Below are positions 16,332 to 25,450 of a stretch of 64,000 nt of DNA, one piece after another. Under the pieces are notes generated by a model. The model was not told the DNA's origin, did no database searches, and worked only from the letters and a program-made list of their open reading frames with translations. Both the position numbers and the translations under genes were made by a program. The stretch's first letter is position 1; each line of letters starts with the position of its first letter. The stretch covers positions 11,861 to 75,860 of the forward strand of contig JAPOXA010000042.1 of the NCBI GenBank assembly GCA_026707325.1, written 5' to 3'. The stretch comes from Acidobacteriota bacterium (lineage in GTDB: Bacteria; Acidobacteriota; Thermoanaerobaculia; Multivoradales; Multivoraceae).

Positions 16332-18602
16332 ATGGGGAAGAACCTCCGCCCGAAGCTGTTAGCCTTCCTGTCAGCGATGCCCCGGAACAGGACAACAAGA
16401 GTCATGGCATCCGAATCATCGTCCGCACCCCGGGCGGCCCCGGTCGCGCTTTTCGCCCTCGCCGGCCTGCTCACCGCCGGCGCGCCGCACATCGCCCAGG
16501 GGCCCGAGGATCTGCGGCAGTTCGACGACCGCGCATCCGTGTTCGAAGTGCAGGTGCCGGTCAACGTGGTCACGCGGAATGGCGAACCGGTCCGCGGCCT
16601 GGGGCCGGAGGACTTCCAGATCCTCGACGAAGGCGCCCGCCAGGAGATCGTCGGCTTCCGGATCGTCGACCTGGACCTGATCGCTCCGGACGACCGCCAG
16701 GTGATCGAGGCCGATTATGGCATCCCGCCGGCGGCGCGGCGTCACTTCCTGTTCCTGTTCGACCTGTCGTTCTCGGCGCCGACCTCGGTCGGCAAGGCAC
16801 GGGCCGCCGCCCAGGACTTCGTGCTGGAACGGATGCACCCCACCGATCTCGCCGCGGTCGCGGTGCATACGGTGGAATCCGGGCCGCAACTGCTCATCAC
16901 CTTCACGCCGGACCGGGCGCAGCTCGCCCGGGCCATCGCCACGCTCGGCAATCCGCGCCTGCTGAACCTGGCGACCAGGGATCCGTTGGGCTTCATGATC
17001 GACGCGCCCAGCGCGAATCCCGTCAGCTCGCTCGACATCGGCGGAGTCAACGAAGACATCCGCGCCATGGAACGCGACATCGACTCCTACCTCCAGGTGA
17101 TCGGCAACGAGATGGCGAAGTACGAGAAGAGCTACGCCCGCGGCCAGATCTCGAGCTGGACCGGCGCCTTGCAGAGCATGGCGCGCATCCTCTCGAGCGT
17201 CGAAGGCCGGAAGCACGTCGTTCTCTTCTCCGAAGGGTTCGACGGCCGGCTGCTGTTCGGTCGGCAGCCGGACTTCTTCGACGAGGAAATGCACCGCGAA
17301 CAGGAGGCCATCGACACCGGGCAGTACGGCCGGGTGGACACGGACAACCGCTACGGCAACACGCAGCTTCTGGGCCAGGTGAATCGGATGCTGACCGAGT
17401 TCCAGCGGGCGAACACCGTGATCCACACGGTGGACATCTCGGGTCTCCGGGCGGACCTGCCGGAGGAACACCGCACGCGCGTCGTGCACCGGGACGCCCT
17501 GCACTACCTCGCCAACGAGACGGGCGGCGAACTCCACGAGGACGCGAACGACTTCGGAGCCGAGCTCGGAGACGTGCTGGAGTCATCGACCGTCACCTAC
17601 CTCCTGAGCTTCGAGCCCAGCGAACCCGGGGAGCCGGGCGAACATCATCGGATCAGGGTGCGGGCGCGGGCGCCGAAGGGGGCGCAGATTTCCCACCGGA
17701 TGGGCTACTACACGCCGCGGCCGTTCGGCGACCTGCACCCGCTGGAGAAACAACTTCTCGCTTCCGACCTGATCGCTGCGGCCCAGGAAAGGGACGACCT
17801 CAAGATCGACGTGCTGGCCGCGGCCTTCCGGGCGGGCGACGGAGCGGCCTACGTACCGGTGATCGTGGAGGTCGGCGGCGGCGGCCTGGTCGAGAACCAC
17901 GATCAATCGGTGCTGCCCATCGAGATCTACGCGTACGTCACCGACGAAAAGACGCAGATGCGCGACTTCTTCAGCCGCGTCGTCACCCTCAACCTGGCTG
18001 GCCGGGAAGACGCGTTCGCCAACACCGGCCTGAAGTACTACGGCCACCTGGAACTGGATCCGGGCGCCTATCTCGTCCGTGTTCTGGTCCGGAACAGCCT
18101 CACCGGCAACACGGGCGTCGAGACGGTCGAACTCCACGTTCCGACATTCCGGAGCGGCGAGCCGACCCTGCTGCCGCCCTTCTTCGAGCAGGAACCCGGA
18201 AGCTGGTTCCTCGTCCGCGAACAGCCGGCCGACCAGTACGCGAAGACGACCGTGTACCCCTTCACCGTGAACGGCGAACCGTACGTTCCGTCCGCGGCGC
18301 CCAAGGTACGAGGCGGCCGCAACGCCGGCGGGGTGGAGATCTGCCTGGTCGGCTACAACCTGGCGCAAGGCGACCTCGCGCTCCAGGCCTCCGTGACGGA
18401 TCCGAACGGCATACCGGTCGAGGGCGGCGAAGTCAGCCTTCGCGAACGGACCGTGACCGGCATCCCGGGGCTCGACAAACTGGTCGCGACCTTCGACGCC
18501 ACCGATCTTCCCGCGGGCGACTACACTCTGAGGGTCGCCGTGACCGACCCCGCGACCCGGGCACGGCCCGCGAACTCGATTCCTCTCAAGGTGCTGAACT
18601 GA
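16332..18602 (+). CDS. VWA-domain protein of the TIGR03436 'VWFA-related acidobacterial' type, paralog 1
   Basis: The N-terminal beta-sandwich segment is 'VFEVQVPVNVVTRNGEPVRGLGPEDFQILDEGARQEIVGF'. The VWA segment 'RRHFLFLFDLSFS' has an intact DxSxS at 16761-16775. An alternative start is ATG 16404 (MASESS...). Confidence 0.85.
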   Translation: MGKNLRPKLLAFLSAMPRNRTTRVMASESSSAPRAAPVALFALAGLLTAGAPHIAQGPEDLRQFDDRASVFEVQVPVNVVTRNGEPVRGLGPEDFQILDEGARQEIVGFRIVDLDLIAPDDRQVIEADYGIPPAARRHFLFLFDLSFSAPTSVGKARAAAQDFVLERMHPTDLAAVAVHTVESGPQLLITFTPDRAQLARAIATLGNPRLLNLATRDPLGFMIDAPSANPVSSLDIGGVNEDIRAMERDIDSYLQVIGNEMAKYEKSYARGQISSWTGALQSMARILSSVEGRKHVVLFSEGFDGRLLFGRQPDFFDEEMHREQEAIDTGQYGRVDTDNRYGNTQLLGQVNRMLTEFQRANTVIHTVDISGLRADLPEEHRTRVVHRDALHYLANETGGELHEDANDFGAELGDVLESSTVTYLLSFEPSEPGEPGEHHRIRVRARAPKGAQISHRMGYYTPRPFGDLHPLEKQLLASDLIAAAQERDDLKIDVLAAAFRAGDGAAYVPVIVEVGGGGLVENHDQSVLPIEIYAYVTDEKTQMRDFFSRVVTLNLAGREDAFANTGLKYYGHLELDPGAYLVRVLVRNSLTGNTGVETVELHVPTFRSGEPTLLPPFFEQEPGSWFLVREQPADQYAKTTVYPFTVNGEPYVPSAAPKVRGGRNAGGVEICLVGYNLAQGDLALQASVTDPNGIPVEGGEVSLRERTVTGIPGLDKLVATFDATDLPAGDYTLRVAVTDPATRARPANSIPLKVLN

Positions 18603-18663
18603 GGCCCGCGGGGCCGAAGCGAGGCGCCGACCCCACGAAACGCCAAGGACCAGGGAGCCCGAA

Positions 18664-20823
18664 ATGAACGAACGCAGGCTCAATGACCGTCCATCCTCCC
18701 ATCTGGCGCGCGCCGCGTCCCTGTTCTGCGCGGGCGCCCTCCTGCTCGCGGCCGCCTCGGCCGATGCCCAGCGCAACCGCCGGCAGCGGCAGGCGCAGTT
18801 CAGCGACACGACCACCGTGACCGTGGTCGAGGTCCCGGTGCAGGTGACGAGCGGCGGCAACCCGCTGCGCGACCTCACACGGGACGACTTCGAGCTGCTC
18901 GACGGCCGCAAGCCGGTCCAGATCACCGGCTTCGACCGCGTCGATCTCTCGACCGTCGAGGGCAAGGCCACAGACGAGCCGGTGCCGGCCGCGGCACGCC
19001 GGCACTTCCTGCTTCTGTTCGACCTGCTGTTCACGACGCCCGACTCCGTGGGCCGCGCTCAGCAAGCGGCGGCCGATCTCGTGCTCCGCGAGCTGCACCC
19101 CACCGACCTGGCCGCCGTGGCGCTCTACGACACCCGGCCCCGGCTGGTGCTGGGCTTCACCTCCGATCGCAGCCAGCTTCGTCAGGCGATCGCGACCCTG
19201 GGCAAGATCGAAACCGGCCGGGCGGTTCGCGATCCCCTGGGCCTGGTGATCGCCGACATGGGCGGCGAGTTGCCCACCGACAGCGGTCTCGGCGAAACCG
19301 CGGACCGCGCGGGGCTGGATTCCGAGGCCATGCTCTCCCAGGCGCGCAGCGAACTGGCAACCCTGCAGGCGACCGCCGACCGGGACCGGGCCGCCAGCGA
19401 CATCGCCGCCCTGACGTCCGGGATGGGCGAGCTTGCCGCCTGGATGGGAACCGTGCAGGGGCGCAAGCACGTCGTCTTCCTGTCGGAAGGTTTCGACAGC
19501 TCGATCGTCGTCGGCAATCGCGGCCTCACTTCCCAGGAGCAGGACCGGATGCTGGAACTCCAGCAGGCAGCGACCGACGGTCAGTCCTGGCGGGTCAACA
19601 ACGAGGAGATCTACGGCAGCACTTCCGCCCAGAGTGCCATGAACAAGATGCTGACCGCCTTCCGCGAGGCGGACTGCGCGATCCAGAGCGTGGACGTGAG
19701 CGGCGAAGTCCTGACCGAGGGCCAGAGCAACCGCGACTCGCTGCTCATGATGGCCCACGACAGCGGCGGCGAGCTGTTCGCCAACTTCACCGACCTGGGA
19801 GACGCAATGTCCGAGATGCTGGAACGGACGAGCGTCACCTACCTGCTCGCCTTCCAGCCCAACGACGTGAAGTACGACGGCAAGTTCCGCAGGCTGCGGG
19901 TGCGGATCAAGGACGCGCCCCGGGGTACCCAGATCGTCCACCGGCCCGGCTACTACCCGCCCAAGCCGTACGCGCAGACGAATCCGTTCGAACGGGCGCT
20001 GACCTCGGCCCAGCAGGTGATGGGCGGCGTGGAGACGGGCGAGATCGACGCTTCCGTGCTCACGGCCGGCTTCGCCGCCGCGAGCGGCAAGGCCTACGCC
20101 CCGGTGCTGATCGAGGCAAGGGGCGAAGACCTGATCGGCGGCCTCCAGCAGGGGACGGTGCCGCTCCAGGTCTATGCCTACGCGCTCGACGAGCACGGCA
20201 TCGTGCGCGATTTCTTCGTCCGCGCCATGGGGCTCGACCTGACCCAGGCCGGCGCCGCGCTGCGCCAGAGCGGGCTCAAGTACTGGGGCCACTTCGACCT
20301 GGACCCGGGCAGCTACTCCGTGCGGGTGCTGATCCGCAACGACGCCACCGGCCACCGCGCCCTGACCACCTCGACGCTCGACGTACCCGGCCAGGCGGCG
20401 ACGCTGCAGCCGCCGCTGTTCCCCGAACAGCCCGGCAAGTGGGTCCTGATCCGCGAAGAGGAGTCGGAACAGCGCAAGGACGTCGGCTTCCCCTTCCTGC
20501 GCAGCGGCGAGCCCTTCATCCCCGCGGCGCGGCCCGAGATCACGGCGGGCGGCGAGACGCCGATCAGCCTGGTGGGCACGGGCCTCGACGCGGGCCGCGT
20601 GTCGGTCCGCACCCAGGTCTTCACCTCCGACGGCCAGCAGGTAGCCGACGGCGGCGAGATCGTCCTCGCGCCCGACGCCCAGGCCGGTTCGGGGCTGTCG
20701 CAGCTTTCCGGCGTCTTCAGGGCGGGCAGGAAGCTGTCGGCCGGCGAGTACACCCTGTCCGTGATCGTGACCGATCAGGCGAACCGGGAGCACTCCTCGT
20801 CGACGCCGATCCGCGTCTTGTAG
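18664..20823 (+). CDS. VWA-domain protein of the TIGR03436 type, paralog 2
   Basis: 'VTVVEVPVQVTSGGNPLRDLTRDDFELLDGRKPVQITGF' and 'RRHFLLLFDLLFT' are collinear with paralog 1. A GGGAG Shine-Dalgarno lies upstream of the ATG. The signal peptide is '..LFCAGALLLAAASADAQ'. Confidence 0.85.
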   Translation: MNERRLNDRPSSHLARAASLFCAGALLLAAASADAQRNRRQRQAQFSDTTTVTVVEVPVQVTSGGNPLRDLTRDDFELLDGRKPVQITGFDRVDLSTVEGKATDEPVPAAARRHFLLLFDLLFTTPDSVGRAQQAAADLVLRELHPTDLAAVALYDTRPRLVLGFTSDRSQLRQAIATLGKIETGRAVRDPLGLVIADMGGELPTDSGLGETADRAGLDSEAMLSQARSELATLQATADRDRAASDIAALTSGMGELAAWMGTVQGRKHVVFLSEGFDSSIVVGNRGLTSQEQDRMLELQQAATDGQSWRVNNEEIYGSTSAQSAMNKMLTAFREADCAIQSVDVSGEVLTEGQSNRDSLLMMAHDSGGELFANFTDLGDAMSEMLERTSVTYLLAFQPNDVKYDGKFRRLRVRIKDAPRGTQIVHRPGYYPPKPYAQTNPFERALTSAQQVMGGVETGEIDASVLTAGFAAASGKAYAPVLIEARGEDLIGGLQQGTVPLQVYAYALDEHGIVRDFFVRAMGLDLTQAGAALRQSGLKYWGHFDLDPGSYSVRVLIRNDATGHRALTTSTLDVPGQAATLQPPLFPEQPGKWVLIREEESEQRKDVGFPFLRSGEPFIPAARPEITAGGETPISLVGTGLDAGRVSVRTQVFTSDGQQVADGGEIVLAPDAQAGSGLSQLSGVFRAGRKLSAGEYTLSVIVTDQANREHSSSTPIRVL

Positions 20824-20833
20824 CGGACGGTGC

Positions 20834-22675
20834 CTAGCGAACGTCGACGCCGCCGCGCAGGAACGACTGGCGACCCCCGATGTCGTCGCGCAAGCCGACG
20901 CCGATGTCGTGGTAGCCGGCTTCCATCGTGACCTCCAGGCCGTAACGCCAGAAGCCTCCCTCGATCTCCCCGAGCCGGTCCTCCGGCACGGTGATCGTCA
21001 ACTCCGTCAGGTGCGGCTCGGTCGCGTGATCGCGCTCGTCCTTCGCCGCCAGCCAGAGCTGGATGCGACCATGGTGGGCGCCGTCCCGCGGGATCAGCGC
21101 GAGTTCCTTCCACGCCACCTCGATCACTACCGGCACGTCGTAGTTGCCGTCCGGGCGTCGCTTCGCCGGCAGGCTGTCGACCCGCACGCCGAGCGGATTC
21201 TCCTGCATGTTCAGGTTGAGCGCCGAGAGGGTGCCCTCCTTCATCCGCGACTCGACCGTCTTGTCGCGGTAGCCCCTGCGGTGGCGAACGGAGGCCCCGC
21301 GCGGCCTGTTCTTCCAGCGTACGTCGACCGTGTGGTAGCGCCCGGCGACGACCGTCGCCGCCGGCATGTAGCCGAGCGAGTAGTAGTTGCGGAAGTCGTC
21401 CGCGATCTTGAGCAGATCCGGCATCACGCGGTTCGCGTTGACCACCGCGCGTCCGCCCGTTTCCTCGGCCATGAGCTGGAGCGGCGCCTGGAGGTTCGTC
21501 AACTGGATCTGGTCGATCAGCGACGCCTGCCCCGGCGCCCCCGCGACCTGGCCGTCCACCGTGCTCTGGGACAGGACCGTCAGCCCGCGGGCGTCGATCG
21601 TGTAGAAGCTGGTCCGATTCGCGTTCGCCCCCGCCGCGAGTTGCTGGAACCGCCTGGACATGTCGTACTCCGACATTTCGATCAGGGACACGGACCGCTC
21701 GTAGAGCTGCTCGACGAAGTAGAAGACGTCCTCGCCCGCGATCATCGGGATGCCGTCGGCGACGTAGATCACCGCCTTGCGGCCCGGCGCCGCCGAGAGG
21801 TTCTCCACCACCCGCGTCAGTCCGTCGATGGCCAGGTGCGTGTCGTTGCGGACCGAGCCGGCATAGGCCATCAGAGCGGTGCGCGCGAAACTGGCGCCGC
21901 CGCCGACCGTCAGCCCCGCACGCTCGGCCGCGGCGATCCCGGGCCGGTTCTCCATCGACTCTTCGTTGTTCACGTCGTTGACGTTGTTGATCAGGTCGCG
22001 GCGCTCGTTGTTGCGATGGAGCCGCTGGGCGGAGACCTCCTCCAGATCGAGCAGCGCGCGGTTCAACTCCTCGCGATTGTTGGTGAACGGCATGCGCAGG
22101 TTCAGCGCCGGGTCGAAGCTGGCCAGCATGACCTTGTCTTCGGGCCGCAACTGCTCCCGGATGAAGGCCCGAAGCTCCCGCAGCACCCGGTTCCGGTTGA
22201 ACGGGGTCAGGTTGTAGTTGTCGATGTAGACGGCGACGTGGAGCGCCTGTTCCGCCGGAATCTCCGGCGGCGCCCGGCGCAGCCGGTCGGCTTCCACGGG
22301 GTCCTCGGGAAGGGGCGGCAGGAGAGGCCGCGCCTCGACTTCGCCGCCGCGGCGGACGAACAGTTCGTCGTCGCGAAGTTCCACCGCGTAGAAATTGCTG
22401 ATCGGAACCGGCCGGCCGTCGACCCGGAGTTCGAAGTCGTCGGGACCGAGCCCGAGCACCGGCTTGCCGTCGGCGCCGGTGACGTACACGTCGATGTTCA
22501 CGACCTCGACGTTGACGACCTCCGTGAAGCCGGGGCCGGACGGAGCGGGTCCGGACGCCGGCTGCGGCTGGACCGCCGCCGGCTGCGTCAGCGCCGCGCA
22601 GAGGGAGACGCCTCCGGCCAGGAGGGCCGGACGGAAGTGCGAGTACCGATGAGGCGCGGAGCGGTTCGCCGACAT
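20834..22675 (-). CDS. VWA-domain protein of the TIGR03436 type, paralog 3 (divergent)
   Basis: 'VVNVEVVNIDVYVTGADGKPVLGLGPDDFELRVDGRPVPISNF' matches the same family architecture. I prefer the start at ATG 22675 (MSANRS..LLAGGVSLCAALTQPAAVQ). The track start at 22741 would overlap the upstream gene by 38 nt. Confidence 0.8.
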   Translation of the reverse strand: MSANRSAPHRYSHFRPALLAGGVSLCAALTQPAAVQPQPASGPAPSGPGFTEVVNVEVVNIDVYVTGADGKPVLGLGPDDFELRVDGRPVPISNFYAVELRDDELFVRRGGEVEARPLLPPLPEDPVEADRLRRAPPEIPAEQALHVAVYIDNYNLTPFNRNRVLRELRAFIREQLRPEDKVMLASFDPALNLRMPFTNNREELNRALLDLEEVSAQRLHRNNERRDLINNVNDVNNEESMENRPGIAAAERAGLTVGGGASFARTALMAYAGSVRNDTHLAIDGLTRVVENLSAAPGRKAVIYVADGIPMIAGEDVFYFVEQLYERSVSLIEMSEYDMSRRFQQLAAGANANRTSFYTIDARGLTVLSQSTVDGQVAGAPGQASLIDQIQLTNLQAPLQLMAEETGGRAVVNANRVMPDLLKIADDFRNYYSLGYMPAATVVAGRYHTVDVRWKNRPRGASVRHRRGYRDKTVESRMKEGTLSALNLNMQENPLGVRVDSLPAKRRPDGNYDVPVVIEVAWKELALIPRDGAHHGRIQLWLAAKDERDHATEPHLTELTITVPEDRLGEIEGGFWRYGLEVTMEAGYHDIGVGLRDDIGGRQSFLRGGVDVR

Positions 22676-22703
22676 GACGCGGAAGAGACTAACCCGTTTG
22701 GGC

Positions 22704-24896
22704 CTACCGCGAAGCGGCGAGCAGCCGCAGTACCTCGGCATCGGGCCAGCGCCGCAGTGCCTCGCCGAGCAGGCCGTCGGCCGAGCGCTCGTCGTTCATC
22801 GCCCGGAGCGCCCGCACGGCCTCGGCGTAGGCGGCCGGATTCGGATTCACCGTGACCATCTCCTGGAGCGTGCGGCCGACTTCGCCGCCTCGTCCGGCCA
22901 GGGCCTGGAGGAAGGCCAGCGACGAGTACGCTCCCAGCAGATCGGGCCGCAGGCCGATGGCGTCCCCGTAGGCGCTCCCGGCCTCCTCGTCCCTGCCCAG
23001 AGCCGCCAGCGCGGCGCCCCGGTAGAGATACAGGTGTCCGAGGATCTCCCGGTCGCCGCGGTCGCCGAACTCGGCCAACACCTCGTCGCTCAGCTCCAGG
23101 GCCTCCTCGTAGCGGTCCTGGCTGTTCAGCCAGACCGTCTTCGTGATCAGCGGTCTCACGTGGAAGCCGCGCTCGGCTATCGCGCGTTCCAGGTACTTCC
23201 CGGCCGCTTCCAGGTCGCCCTCCAGCAACGCCGCCTGGGCGAGCACGTCGTTGGCCATCGGCGAGCGGTCCACGACCGCCAGGGCGTGCTCCCGAGCCTC
23301 GTCGACCCGGCCTTCCAGCAGCAACAACTCCGCCACCTTGAGGCCGGCACTCGAAGCGTCGCCCGCGGACTCCTCGAACGCCTTGCGGTACGCCTGAAGC
23401 GCCTGCCCGGGAAGCGCGCGCCGCTCCAGAAGGTCGCCCAGTTGCTGCCAGGCCAGCACGAGCTGCGGCTCGGCGGCGAGCACTGCCCGTAGCGCCTCTT
23501 CCGCCTCCGACAGATCGCCGCTCTCGATCAGCCGGGAGGCCCGGCCCAGGTCGGCAACGACGCCGATGCGGCTCTTCGGGTCCGCCAGCGACTCGGCGCC
23601 GGAGCGCGCACCGCCGGACAGGTAGCCGAGCGATTCCAGCCGGCGGCGGGTCTCGGGATCGTCCTCGGCCGGCGAGGTCAGCGTGCGGTCGATCGCCCGA
23701 AGAGCCGCGCGCAGGCGCCGCGCCGCCGCCCGCTCCTCCTGGATCACGTTGTTGCGCTCTCCCGGATCCTCGGACAGCCGGTAGAGCTCGGGATCGGGCG
23801 ACTCGATGAAGTGCAGATCGCCTTCGACGATCGACGCGAGATCGCTCCAGCCGAAGTGGATACGGGGATACACGCTCTCGGAGACGATCCGTCGGGGCGC
23901 GGCGCCCGGGGAAGCCGCCTCGGGCGCGAGCAGATCCAGCCCGGCCAGCCCCACGGGCGCCGCCAGCTCCGCAACCGGGTACACCGTCGGCGCGACATCG
24001 CTGAGCTGGGCGCCGGCCGTGATGCGTTCGCCGCCGCGCTCGCCTCCCGGGAGCTTGAAGATCAGGGGCACCTGGATCGTCTCGCGGTAGATCAGGATCA
24101 GGTGATCCATCTCGCCGTGGTCCATCAAACCCTCCCCGTGGTCCGAGAGCAGAACGACCAGCGCCTCGTCGTAGACCCCAAGCTCCTCGAGACGCCCGAT
24201 CAGGCCGGCGACCACCGCATCCGCGGCGGCCACCTCCCCGTCGTAGGGGTCGTCGTAGCGGCCGGCAAACGGCGGCGGCGGCGCGTACGGGGCGTGCGGC
24301 TCGTACAGGTGGAGAAACAGGAAGAAGGGCGAACCCGCCACCCCTCCGAGCCACTCCGACGCAGCCGCAAGCGTCTCCGCCCCGGGACGTTGAAGCCGCC
24401 CCAGTTGCCGCCCGGTCTCGAATCCGACCTCGTCGTCGTAGACGTCGAACCCCCTGGCGATCCCGGTCCCGGAGCGCAGGACGTAGGATGAAACGAACCC
24501 TCCGGTCGCGTAGCCGGCTTTCCCGAACTCGGCCGCCAGCGTCGGGATCGCCTCGTCCAGGCGGTAGCCCGCGTTGTCTCGCACGCCGTGCTCCGACGGC
24601 AGCAGGCCAGTGAACACGCTGACATGGGAAGGCAGGGTGACGTTGACGTGCGTGTAGGCACGCTCGAACAGGATGCCCTCGGCCGCGAGGCGGTCGATGG
24701 CGGGCGTCTCGACCCCGTCGTAGCCGTAGGCCGGCAGCCGGTCCGAGCGCAGGGTGTCGATCGAGATCAGGACGATCGGCGGCCGCGGCGTCTCGGCGGC
24801 CGGCGACGGACCGTCCGGCGGCGACGGACCGCAGGCCAGCGCGACCAGCGCCACGGCGACGGCCAGCCGCCGAGCGGGAGCACCGGGGGCGATCAC
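22704..24896 (-). CDS. Alkaline-phosphatase-superfamily (sulfatase-like) domain + TPR fusion, paralog 2; probable lipoprotein
   Basis: Motifs are 'IVLISIDTLRSDRLPAYG', 'VNVTLPSHVSVFTGLLPSEHGVRDN', 'LHLYEPHAPYAPP' and 'LLSDHGEGLMDHGE', followed by TPR repeats. GTG 24896 (VIAPGAPARRLAVAVALVALAC) forms a GTGA overlap with the upstream stop. The 883-aa track ORF's N-terminal extension was rejected. Confidence 0.85.
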   Translation of the reverse strand: MIAPGAPARRLAVAVALVALACGPSPPDGPSPAAETPRPPIVLISIDTLRSDRLPAYGYDGVETPAIDRLAAEGILFERAYTHVNVTLPSHVSVFTGLLPSEHGVRDNAGYRLDEAIPTLAAEFGKAGYATGGFVSSYVLRSGTGIARGFDVYDDEVGFETGRQLGRLQRPGAETLAAASEWLGGVAGSPFFLFLHLYEPHAPYAPPPPFAGRYDDPYDGEVAAADAVVAGLIGRLEELGVYDEALVVLLSDHGEGLMDHGEMDHLILIYRETIQVPLIFKLPGGERGGERITAGAQLSDVAPTVYPVAELAAPVGLAGLDLLAPEAASPGAAPRRIVSESVYPRIHFGWSDLASIVEGDLHFIESPDPELYRLSEDPGERNNVIQEERAAARRLRAALRAIDRTLTSPAEDDPETRRRLESLGYLSGGARSGAESLADPKSRIGVVADLGRASRLIESGDLSEAEEALRAVLAAEPQLVLAWQQLGDLLERRALPGQALQAYRKAFEESAGDASSAGLKVAELLLLEGRVDEAREHALAVVDRSPMANDVLAQAALLEGDLEAAGKYLERAIAERGFHVRPLITKTVWLNSQDRYEEALELSDEVLAEFGDRGDREILGHLYLYRGAALAALGRDEEAGSAYGDAIGLRPDLLGAYSSLAFLQALAGRGGEVGRTLQEMVTVNPNPAAYAEAVRALRAMNDERSADGLLGEALRRWPDAEVLRLLAASR

Positions 24897-25450
24897 TTCA
24901 GTTCGAGGGTCGTCTCGACGGTCTGCGGCAAACCGGAGACCTCGCCGACCGGCGTCCACACCTCGACCGTCTCGCCGTCTTCCTCGACCTCGGACACGTC
25001 CACCCAACGCGCCTCGCGCAGGCGAACGAGCACTTCGAGCTTGCCGTCTGCCGGCGCCGGACGGCCGGTCTCCGAGGTCCAGAAGTTGAAGAGGGCGACG
25101 TCCTCCGACTCGCCCGCTTCGATCACCTGCAGGAAGAGCTGCTTCTCGTAGACGGGCAACGGCGTCCCGTTCAACTCGACGTCGAAGCCGAAACTGTAGA
25201 CGGCCCGGCTGCCGCTGTTCACGATCGTCGCGGTCAGCTTGCAGAGCGTCTCGGCGCCGGGGGCGCTCGGCGCCACCTCGATGCCGGAGAGGGCCACTTC
25301 CGGCCGGTCCTCCGCGATGACCGCCGTGACGGCAAGCAGGCAGAACGCGGACCACACGCTGACGGTTCGTGACCGCACTGACCGGCTGCGTGACCGGGTC
25401 GTTCCACCGGAAGCTTCGGTCCCTGACGCCGCGTTGAGCACGGCATGCAT
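24893..25450 (-). CDS. Small membrane-anchored or secreted hypothetical protein, probable Ig-like/CARDB-like beta-sandwich
   Basis: From ATG 25450 there is a basic N-region, then the hydrophobic 'VSVWSAFCLLAVTAVIA', then beta-strand-pattern sequence 'LCKLTATIVNSGSRAVYSFGFDVELNG'. GC3 looks high by eye. It is translationally coupled to the downstream AP-TPR gene. The fold assignment is inference. Confidence 0.55.
   Translation of the reverse strand: MHAVLNAASGTEASGGTTRSRSRSVRSRTVSVWSAFCLLAVTAVIAEDRPEVALSGIEVAPSAPGAETLCKLTATIVNSGSRAVYSFGFDVELNGTPLPVYEKQLFLQVIEAGESEDVALFNFWTSETGRPAPADGKLEVLVRLREARWVDVSEVEEDGETVEVWTPVGEVSGLPQTVETTLELK

Noticed and set aside
22588-24354. A 588-aa minus-strand ORF rich in Arg and Gly, overlapping the second AP-TPR gene in another frame.
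   Set aside because: It is low-complexity and has no motifs. The overlapping frame encodes a complete, paralog-supported AP-superfamily + TPR protein.
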